Positions 56,908-64,000 of a stretch of 64,000 bases of DNA are shown here, piece by piece. Numbering within the stretch: the first letter of the stretch is position 1; every line of letters starts with the position of its first letter. Location: the IMG/VR virus record IMGVR_UViG_3300033121_001571; one strand, 5' to 3'. Below the pieces are notes generated by a model. That model was not told the DNA's origin. It searched no databases and worked only from the letters and a program-made list of their open reading frames with translations. This DNA is from a virus (taxonomy: Duplodnaviria > Caudoviricetes). The position numbers were made by a program, and so were the translations under genes.

Positions 56908-57856
56908 ATACTAAATATTCGTATCTCTTGTCTGAAAAGAAAACACGAACTATTTCCTCCGCTGGACCAGCGTTGATCTTACCTTCATTTAGATCTAACT
57001 CTAGAGTGTTTCTTATATTTTCAAATGCTTTGTACAGTGCCATGCTGTTTGGATGTGTTTTTAGATCTGATACTTCAAATGATTCGATGATCTTTCCCAT
57101 TGTGTATTTGGGCAATTTTTTCATAGCATCAAGTGCTAAGACACGCTCTACTTCAAGTTCAAGTGCATCTGTTGCTTTTTTAAACTTGATTCTCTTGTGT
57201 TCGTGCTTTGTTGTTGTGTCTGCTCTTGACAGAGCAATCAACATACGAAAATTTTCAATTCCTTCGACATCTTTCAACAAACGTCTACAAGATGATTCTG
57301 TCAAATTTTTTGACAACTGCGCAGGTCTCAAGTGATTCAGAACTAAAATTGAGACTGTTTTTCTAAGAGACTCTCTGCCAATAAACAGACCTGACCGATC
57401 GTCCATGTTAGAAACCATGTGATATCCGACGATATCGTGGTTGTGAAACGTCACTCTTCCACGGTTGATTTTTCGTGTCTTTGCTTTGCCAATGTCATGA
57501 CAAAGTGCAGACCAACGCAACTCTAAAGTGTTAGGTGCATTATTTATGACGTGAAGAGTGTGTTGCCACACGTCTTTGTGTAAACCATCAGCATCACCAA
57601 GATTTTTGATAAATTCAAATTCTGGAAGAACTGCACCAAAAAATCCGGACTCCATCAACACGTGAAGTCCATTTATAGGATTCAATGATGTTATGATTTG
57701 ATCGATGTAATCAGTGAAAGCTTTTCTGTCTTTCACCCAAGCTCTAGTGAAATCTTCCCTCGGAAGTCTTATAGGCACATACAACTTATCAGACTTTCGT
57801 TCTGTTGCAACTTTTGTTGCTATATCAAACACATCTTTAACTGTTAACTCAGACAT
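56849..57856 (-). CDS. HD-domain phosphoesterase related to the C-terminal half of CCA-adding enzymes
   Basis: LPEF...HKDVWQHTL...ALCHDIGK...FHNHD...HLRP...AD; no nucleotidyltransferase head motif seen. Confidence 0.8.
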   Translation of the reverse strand: MSELTVKDVFDIATKVATERKSDKLYVPIRLPREDFTRAWVKDRKAFTDYIDQIITSLNPINGLHVLMESGFFGAVLPEFEFIKNLGDADGLHKDVWQHTLHVINNAPNTLELRWSALCHDIGKAKTRKINRGRVTFHNHDIVGYHMVSNMDDRSGLFIGRESLRKTVSILVLNHLRPAQLSKNLTESSCRRLLKDVEGIENFRMLIALSRADTTTKHEHKRIKFKKATDALELEVERVLALDAMKKLPKYTMGKIIESFEVSDLKTHPNSMALYKAFENIRNTLELDLNEGKINAGPAEEIVRVFFSDKRYEYLVCEVSSLCKRIEDSNQKVSV

Positions 57857-57858
57857 GT

Positions 57859-58152
57859 TTATGTGTCCACGTTTTGGAGGTTATCTACTATAATGTAGAG
57901 TTCTTTTTCTGTTTTTTCATAATTAAAACCTGCATCAAATGTCATCCACCATAAATTATCCATTGTTTCTTGAGAGAAAAAGCCAGGTATAGATCTGTAC
58001 AACGCGTATTTTCCGTTACATAACGTGACAAAAATAGAACCATACAGACTGGAAGTGGGATGAAATCCGACGTACCCTTTGTACGTCTGATCACCAACTG
58101 TCACAACAGTGACAGGAACACCATTTCTATACCAAAATGAGATCTTATCCAC
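57859..58152 (-). CDS. Hypothetical protein
   Basis: ORF track. Confidence 0.45.
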   Translation of the reverse strand: MDKISFWYRNGVPVTVVTVGDQTYKGYVGFHPTSSLYGSIFVTLCNGKYALYRSIPGFFSQETMDNLWWMTFDAGFNYEKTEKELYIIVDNLQNVDT

Positions 58153-58245
58153 TTCAGCTTTTGTCTCTGTTCCTCACTAACACATCAACGATAAAAACAA
58201 CAGCAAAAGTTATAACGCCCCACAGTATGCCGCTGATGATTTCAG

Positions 58246-58569
58246 TCATTCTTTCTTGCTCTTTTCCTTCGAACGCTTCGAAAGCTCTTCTTTGACTCTC
58301 TCGTTGATCGTCTTTTCCACTCGCTTTCGAGCTCCTACACGCTCGGGATCCAGCGAGTCTCGAATCTGCATCAAGACCCCCGCGCTGAAGACAGCTGCTT
58401 CTTTTTTCTTGGGATCTTCTTCACACGTTGCTTCACGTGTAGTCAAAGACAAACAGTACGACAAAACTTTCTCAATGATATCTTTTTCATCGTTAGGCAT
58501 GAACACCATAGCACCATTCGGATTAAAACTGACAAAAAGCTTCTTCAGGATCGTAGGGTCAATTTTCAT
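58246..58569 (-). CDS. Hypothetical protein
   Basis: Coupled ORF. Confidence 0.5.
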   Translation of the reverse strand: MKIDPTILKKLFVSFNPNGAMVFMPNDEKDIIEKVLSYCLSLTTREATCEEDPKKKEAAVFSAGVLMQIRDSLDPERVGARKRVEKTINERVKEELSKRSKEKSKKE

Positions 58570-58772
58570 TTGAGATCTCCAGGTATTATTTCCAAGTACA
58601 CCAACAGTTCTTTAGCGTACTGGCACTCTTCTGCTTCAGTTGAAGTTTCATGTACGTCACACGTACATGCTGCAAAACCTGATTTATCGCTGTCAGAAAA
58701 GACGTACAGTTTGTACGTCCCGTCTTGTTTTCTTTGTAGACGAACTTTGTCTACTTTCAGTTTACCTGACAC
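58566..58772 (-). CDS. Hypothetical protein
   Basis: Coupled ORF. Confidence 0.45.
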   Translation of the reverse strand: MSGKLKVDKVRLQRKQDGTYKLYVFSDSDKSGFAACTCDVHETSTEAEECQYAKELLVYLEIIPGDLK

Positions 58773-58801
58773 AGTTTAATCCACTCAGCAAACAGTTGCA
58801 C

Positions 58802-59149
58802 TTAAAACAAATCTTTCACATATGAAGCATCAAAGTTATGAATCATAGTGTAAAACTTACAATTTGAAAGCTCAAACAACAGTTGTTCTTTGTACGTAAG
58901 GTTAAAAGTGTCTCTCATATCATTGATTAGATCTGGCTTTATTTTGTTCAGCTCTTTGAACGAGATTGGTTTCTCATTTAAAAATGAGACAATGTTACCT
59001 GGTTTAACAAACAACGTTCGAGACGTTGCTATCTGTGCAACTTGATTCATCTCTGACACAGAGACGTAGATCAGATCATAACCATACGATTTCGCAATTT
59101 CATGATCAAATAAAGTTAAAAACCTGGGTTTGTTGACTATTGTTGCCAA
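58802..59149 (-). CDS. Hypothetical protein
   Basis: ORF track. Confidence 0.45.
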   Translation of the reverse strand: MATIVNKPRFLTLFDHEIAKSYGYDLIYVSVSEMNQVAQIATSRTLFVKPGNIVSFLNEKPISFKELNKIKPDLINDMRDTFNLTYKEQLLFELSNCKFYTMIHNFDASYVKDLF

Positions 59150-59155
59150 TTGTAC

Positions 59156-59425
59156 CTAGACAATTTTGCAGTTTTCAAGTGACTCTAGCCAACTGCAATT
59201 TTTACTCCAAAGCATCAGACCTGAATCTGATTTGCAGTTGACTATTCCTATGTAAGAATAAAGTATGCTAGAGATCGCGTGTGCGTCTTGCAAACTGATC
59301 TCAGTAAAGATAAATGTGAATTCACGGTTTTTATGTATCGAAAAATATTCTGACCACGCACCGTTATTTGGTGGTGATATGATTATTCTTCCGATGAGGC
59401 TTTGGAGTTTTTTATGATCGTACAT
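59156..59425 (-). CDS. Hypothetical protein
   Basis: ORF track. Confidence 0.45.
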   Translation of the reverse strand: MYDHKKLQSLIGRIIISPPNNGAWSEYFSIHKNREFTFIFTEISLQDAHAISSILYSYIGIVNCKSDSGLMLWSKNCSWLESLENCKIV

Positions 59426-59943
59426 GCTTCTTGCAAGTAATCATCGTATTTATAGTTGTCTAGAATACCTGCTTCAGCGTCCCAACACGCTGCTACAATC
59501 TTATTTTCAAACAAGAAAAAATATCTCTTTCTTGAGACAACGTTCCACAAACCAGCGTTTGAAAACGCTTCTGTGACATTTTCTTCTGAAAGAAAAAGAA
59601 ACGGTGTAATTTTACCGTTGCTGCGGTTATCTTTACCCATGATGTGCACATAATTAACACCATTGTACGTCTGGTTGTCAGATATAGTCTTGATCTTAGA
59701 TTCCATGATCAAAGGATCTCTCACCAACAATAGATCACCCGGCGACAAATCATTATCATCAAAGTAACTTGTGAATTTATCTCGTTTATAACGAGGATAT
59801 TCAGAGAATGTTAGCGTGTGAGGGTTGTTCACAACGCTATAAGCATTAGTGAATCGTGATCTTGTCTGATTCAGAGAGCCGTGCAAAACTTTGATATTTT
59901 TGCGAGATTTCTTGTTTGGAAGAGAACCACTCAAGATCTTCAT
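59383..59943 (-). CDS. Hypothetical protein
   Basis: GGGAG RBS and promoter motif upstream. Confidence 0.55.
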   Translation of the reverse strand: MKILSGSLPNKKSRKNIKVLHGSLNQTRSRFTNAYSVVNNPHTLTFSEYPRYKRDKFTSYFDDNDLSPGDLLLVRDPLIMESKIKTISDNQTYNGVNYVHIMGKDNRSNGKITPFLFLSEENVTEAFSNAGLWNVVSRKRYFFLFENKIVAACWDAEAGILDNYKYDDYLQEACTIIKNSKASSEE

Positions 59944-59986
59944 GTTACACTCCCTCTAACATAGAGATACCACGCAAGAAAGCGTG

Positions 59987-60244
59987 TTACACAAGGACAA
60001 AAACATCTTTTTCACTATAATATGGGAGTGCTAAAACTCTAGCACAAAATCTGTTTTTATCTAGTTTCAGTGTTACAAGTTCAAACAAATAAGACGACGG
60101 TTCTTCAAACATATTGATCTTTAGAAGCAATTCTAGCGTATTTGATAGCAAATACAAATTATTTTCAGAAAATTGAAAAAATGTGAACATATTTCCAGGA
60201 CGAAGTGAAATACATTTCACTTTTTGCATTCTTTGCAAGCACAT
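59987..60244 (-). CDS. Hypothetical protein
   Basis: Promoter motif directly upstream. Confidence 0.45.
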   Translation of the reverse strand: MCLQRMQKVKCISLRPGNMFTFFQFSENNLYLLSNTLELLLKINMFEEPSSYLFELVTLKLDKNRFCARVLALPYYSEKDVFVLV

Positions 60245-60289
60245 AGTTAATCATACCACAGAAAAAAAACTATTACACTGCCCTTACAC

Positions 60290-60841
60290 TTACTTTAGCG
60301 TCTGTAGCTCTTGCAATAGCATCAACTTAATAGCATCAACTTCTTCTCTCTCTTTTTGCCGTCGGAGTTCATTCTTTTCCATTATATCCATAGCTTCTAA
60401 TATCAAATCGGGATTTTGGTGCCAGTTGTCATCATCGTAAGAGATCTGCAAGAACGGTTCAGCGTCTTTGTCGTCTTTCGTACATGCTACATACTTTTCA
60501 AAATCAACTTCATTTTTAAACTCGATGTAAGATCTTTTTTTCCACTCAATCTTAAATCCAGAGTCATCTAACAGATAGTTGGAAACAAAAAACGTTAACC
60601 AACCAATAAATCCAACGTGTGACATTTTAAATCCGTTGAATTCACGCGTAAATTCCCACAACAACTGTTGATTGTTGATCCTCCAATCAAGAAACTTGAA
60701 TATGACTCTTGAAATATTCGTGTCAGCATTTTCTTCACACTGCTGTTTTAATCTAACGATCTGTCCTTCTAACTCGTTAACAGCATACGTTATCAAGAGA
60801 TCTATGTTTTTTTGTATCAGATCTGACTCAAGTTGGTTCAT
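60290..60841 (-). CDS. Hypothetical protein
   Basis: Coupled ORF. Confidence 0.55.
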   Translation of the reverse strand: MNQLESDLIQKNIDLLITYAVNELEGQIVRLKQQCEENADTNISRVIFKFLDWRINNQQLLWEFTREFNGFKMSHVGFIGWLTFFVSNYLLDDSGFKIEWKKRSYIEFKNEVDFEKYVACTKDDKDAEPFLQISYDDDNWHQNPDLILEAMDIMEKNELRRQKEREEVDAIKLMLLQELQTLK

Positions 60842-61368
60842 TATTTCTCGTCAGTTGAGTTGAGTTTGTTTTCGACTGCTGGCAGAAGATCTTTGTTTCG
60901 TTCATCGTGAAAAGCGCCTTCAACATATGAAGCATCAACGTTTTTCCTGCGCTCAAGTTCTAGTTTTATCTTGTCATAAGATGAACTCTTCTGTAGGTTA
61001 TTCTCGTGCTTGTAAGCCATGACCATAAGATCTGGCGTAGAACAATTTGCAATCACTTTATCTATGCTCCAATTAGGGAATAGACTGTCAAGTTCTTCAC
61101 GTGACAATTTCGTAAGATCTTCCCGACCGTATTTTTTCATGTCAAGAATATCAGAATCTTCTGGGAATAAGTAGTTACCAATTCTGGCGTTCAACTTGAA
61201 CGTTGCAAACAACGCAACAAGACATTGCTCACACATTGAAAAACGATACACGTCACCGTCAATAAAATCTGCAGAACAATAACCACCCGACACTTCACAA
61301 TCAACTAACCCATATCCATCTTGGATGTGCCTACCACACTTGTTACAAAACTTGTCTGTTTCTTTCAT
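60841..61368 (-). CDS. Zn-ribbon hypothetical protein
   Basis: CNKCG...GGYCS...CEQC. Confidence 0.6.
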   Translation of the reverse strand: MKETDKFCNKCGRHIQDGYGLVDCEVSGGYCSADFIDGDVYRFSMCEQCLVALFATFKLNARIGNYLFPEDSDILDMKKYGREDLTKLSREELDSLFPNWSIDKVIANCSTPDLMVMAYKHENNLQKSSSYDKIKLELERRKNVDASYVEGAFHDERNKDLLPAVENKLNSTDEK

Positions 61369-61382
61369 TTGCGTTTTTTCTG

Positions 61383-61574
61383 TTAGTATCCAACTAGGTT
61401 TTTGTCGTGTCTAAACTCTGTGATCACAGATGATAATAACTTAAAAAAAGAATGTTCAATGTGTAGATAACATCCGTCATACACACACACCCAAACTGGA
61501 TCATCGAAAGACGTAGTATCACGCTTGATATTCACTGTAGCAAGAAACAAAAACAACCCTCTGATCTTATTCAC
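61383..61574 (-). CDS. Hypothetical protein
   Basis: ORF track. Confidence 0.4.
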   Translation of the reverse strand: MNKIRGLFLFLATVNIKRDTTSFDDPVWVCVYDGCYLHIEHSFFKLLSSVITEFRHDKNLVGY

Positions 61575-61766
61575 TGTTTTCCTCGATCTTTCGTTTGTTC
61601 AACTTAGTAAGAACACTCAAGACACACAGAATAATTTCTGAATTTAGTCTCAGTAACCATCACCCACCAGACAAAGAATATTCTTAAGTCACTCAGTGGG
61701 CTCTACAGAGGCTCTAAAAGAATAGAGGGCGTAGTACCAACTATGCTAGTTGGAAAAATTAGAGAT

Positions 61767-62177
61767 TTAAGGGTTTGACTCAGATCTGTGTAAAAAGTTA
61801 TTCACCATCTGACGAGCTTCATCATTGATTTGTTTCTCTTCGTTGCTTTTGATCATGCGCTTAGCGTGTTCTAAAGCTTTACGATCATAAAATTCATGTA
61901 AGTTTGTTACCTCTTGCAACGCACGGTCAACAGACAAGTTTTCTACTTGACGATCATACCAATCTCCGTTGTGTCCTGATTCCATGTAAGACAGTAACTG
62001 TACCGTACTAGTCAAAAAGTTGATAATCAAATACGCATCGTCACGGTCTTTTGCTTTCCATGGAAAGGAAATACATCCGTTTATGTCAGGTGAAGGCATG
62101 TGTTCTCCACAAAACCTTTTTAGTAAAAGTACCGACGATACAAGTGAAAACACTTTTGCTAATTTTTCATTTGTCAT
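61767..62177 (-). CDS. Hypothetical protein
   Basis: ORF track. Confidence 0.5.
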   Translation of the reverse strand: MTNEKLAKVFSLVSSVLLLKRFCGEHMPSPDINGCISFPWKAKDRDDAYLIINFLTSTVQLLSYMESGHNGDWYDRQVENLSVDRALQEVTNLHEFYDRKALEHAKRMIKSNEEKQINDEARQMVNNFLHRSESNP

Positions 62178-62190
62178 GTTTGAACCTTTG

Positions 62191-62481
62191 TTAAGAAAGA
62201 AATGTTACTGTATTTTCTGTCCTAGAGCCCACCATGTGACAGTTTAACACACTTGACTTTGCATAACGAGAATAAGGTTTTACGTTTAATGATATCATCA
62301 CAAACTTATCTTTTCTGTCACCTTGATCAATACACCACAGTATGTCCAATACAAAGATTGGAATTTTACTAGTAGTGTCTGCGTATACATACGGTTCTTG
62401 TCTTCTGTTTAAGACAACACCATAATAGTCATCTTGATCAACAGTTACAGTGACAAGTTTACCAATAACGTTCATGTGCAC
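62191..62481 (-). CDS. Hypothetical protein
   Basis: ORF track. Confidence 0.45.
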   Translation of the reverse strand: MHMNVIGKLVTVTVDQDDYYGVVLNRRQEPYVYADTTSKIPIFVLDILWCIDQGDRKDKFVMISLNVKPYSRYAKSSVLNCHMVGSRTENTVTFLS

Positions 62482-62741
62482 TGCCTTATTGTGTTATACT
62501 TTGTATATTTTTTGTTGATCCAACAACAAAAATTGTCTTCAATGACAAAGATCTTTATCACGTCTCTTGCTGTTCTTAGCACAAGAGCAATCTTGCTATT
62601 TGGAAACATATATGCTTTTGAAAATCTGTTTGAACTCGATACTCGCGCCGCGTCTTCTCTATTTTTGAAATATGTAACAAAACCTTCGGGTGAATTCACC
62701 CTGATCAAGTTTCCTTTCTTGATTTTTTTAGCGAATTTCAC
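62472..62741 (-). CDS. Hypothetical protein
   Basis: ORF track. Confidence 0.45.
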   Translation of the reverse strand: MKFAKKIKKGNLIRVNSPEGFVTYFKNREDAARVSSSNRFSKAYMFPNSKIALVLRTARDVIKIFVIEDNFCCWINKKYTKYNTIRQCT

Positions 62742-62746
62742 AAATC

Positions 62747-63010
62747 TTAAAGTTCTTTGAAAGTTTCTTCACCAACAACAACCCAGCCAACAAGATTTTT
62801 ATTGACTGAAACAATCAACGCTGATTTTGTCACTATGTGTTCGTTAACAGCTAACAAAAGAACAATATCACCTTCATAAGAAATAGTTGGTGTTATACTA
62901 GACGAATATCTCTCGTTTGTATGCGCAGTGATCACATCTTGTGGTTGTATCATAAAATCAGTGATCGCTCGATAAAGTTTTCCACGAGTGAGTTTTACTT
63001 CATTACTCAA
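62747..63010 (-). CDS. Hypothetical protein
   Basis: ORF track. Confidence 0.45.
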   Translation of the reverse strand: MSNEVKLTRGKLYRAITDFMIQPQDVITAHTNERYSSSITPTISYEGDIVLLLAVNEHIVTKSALIVSVNKNLVGWVVVGEETFKEL

Positions 63011-63362
63011 GTTTACCCTTGTGGTTTGTTGGATTGTGTGCTACAATCGTGTTAAACTTGACTCCGGGTGTAGTTGACAGGTGTGTTCCAAGCTGACAGG
63101 ATTTTCCCTTGTTAAACCCACTGTTGTTTTTCCAGAACTTAGCATATTGTTCTCTTTCTGCTTGAGAAGAAAATTGCAAAACAGTCACTTGTGACTGTTT
63201 GCCATCAGCAGCAGATGCTCCAAAATACTTTACAGTGTTTTCTTCTGCGCACAAGTGACACTCAGTGATTCTACCGCCTGCTCTGATCTTTTCAGTTGAA
63301 TACAGATCAAATTCACAATCACACTTCTCACAGATTCTGATTCTAGAAGAACGTGTTGTCAT
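63003..63362 (-). CDS. Zn-ribbon hypothetical protein
   Basis: CEKC...CHLC; likely start MTTRSS. Confidence 0.5.
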   Translation of the reverse strand: MTTRSSRIRICEKCDCEFDLYSTEKIRAGGRITECHLCAEENTVKYFGASAADGKQSQVTVLQFSSQAEREQYAKFWKNNSGFNKGKSCQLGTHLSTTPGVKFNTIVAHNPTNHKGKLE

Positions 63363-63750
63363 CTGCAACTTTCTTGTTTCTGAACCAAGCACTTGCAACA
63401 TAGTTGTATGCCCAGTAAGAAACGCTGGGATTCGTGATCTCTGACCAATTTACCCACTTCACCACAGCATTTGATCCAGGCTCCTGACGAAGTTCTCCTG
63501 AAAATTCTTTTGCAGTGAAGCAGCCAACTTCTCTTAGTTTAGATCCTGCCGGACCTACGTAGATTGGCTGCTCCTCAAGAACAACAGTCAGACCAGTCTC
63601 TTCAAAGACTTCACGTGTTGCTGCATCAATTGGAGTTTCACCCTCGTCGATCTTACCGCCAGGAAGTCCTAGATCACTAGGATCATCTTTCCTAGAGACA
63701 GCCAAAACTTGACCAGATGGGTTAGTGATGATTGTTACGACGGCGTACAT
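63343..63750 (-). CDS. NUDIX hydrolase
   Basis: GGKIDEGETPIDAATREVFEETGL Nudix box. Confidence 0.92.
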   Translation of the reverse strand: MYAVVTIITNPSGQVLAVSRKDDPSDLGLPGGKIDEGETPIDAATREVFEETGLTVVLEEQPIYVGPAGSKLREVGCFTAKEFSGELRQEPGSNAVVKWVNWSEITNPSVSYWAYNYVASAWFRNKKVADDNTFF

Positions 63751-64000
63751 TTGTTTTTCCTCGAGTAAAAGATTCTCTCTGCGGAGATCATTCCCAAGAC
63801 CATGTTTTTCCGACCAACGGGATTAGCAGAGTGAATTTCCCACGCTGGGCAATCAATCTTACCTTCAAAGACAAGTTTCTCAATAAAACGAACAACAGTG
63901 TAACCATTTCCAAGCACGTTTTCACCCAAATCATGGTCTAGCGAGATAGCAGTCACTTTACCTTGTTTGATAAGACGGCACGCCTGCATTGCAGTCGAAC
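63735..64000 (-). CDS. Cyclic-phosphate-processing receiver-like domain protein (5' end likely beyond window)
   Basis: ISLDHDLGE...GY...IHSANPVG signature. Confidence 0.75.
   Translation of the reverse strand, partial: STAMQACRLIKQGKVTAISLDHDLGENVLGNGYTVVRFIEKLVFEGKIDCPAWEIHSANPVGRKNMVLGMISAERIFYSRKNKCTPS

Noticed and set aside
264-64000. Stop-codon reassignment suggested by a phage-encoded release factor
   Set aside because: Genes are full-length under code 11 and end in TAA, TGA or TAG, often with coupled ATGA/GTGA overlaps

Overview
This window looks like part of a very large tailed dsDNA phage genome (jumbo/huge-phage type, AT-rich, standard code). The + strand from 264 to 18.9k is a glycosylation locus: about 10 glycosyltransferases, a methyltransferase, a PseB/FnlA-type dehydratase, a DegT aminotransferase, two formyltransferase-like genes and a UDP-sugar dehydrogenase. 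From 19k to 37.6k it carries a sigma-like gene and a contractile-tail baseplate/structural module (gp5-like, gp25, gp6/baseplate-J, LamG and Ser/Thr/Gly-rich proteins). The - strand from 37.8k to 64k carries about 38 tRNAs in two arrays covering all 20 amino acids, several atypical tRNA-like or structured RNAs, an Rnl1 RNA ligase, a SLOG-NADAR fusion, a DinG-like helicase, a metallopeptidase-vWA protein, a sigma-70 factor, an HD phosphoesterase, a NUDIX hydrolase and many small ORFs. The two main hidden features are: (1) a class-I release factor gene absent from the ORF track (43020->42354). It is RF1-like in sequence but needs a prfB-type +1 frameshift at AAGAGG-TGT-CTT-TGA-C, placed at a non-homologous position. 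(2) A UDP-glucose dehydrogenase fractured at its catalytic Cys by a naturally split intein, with a free-standing PD-(D/E)XK homing endonuclease between the halves. Also notable are a ~308-nt structured RNA closed by a perfect 22-bp stem inside the tRNA array and a recurring TGNA(A/C)N-N16-TAnnnT promoter. All calls are by eye from motifs; no searches were run.
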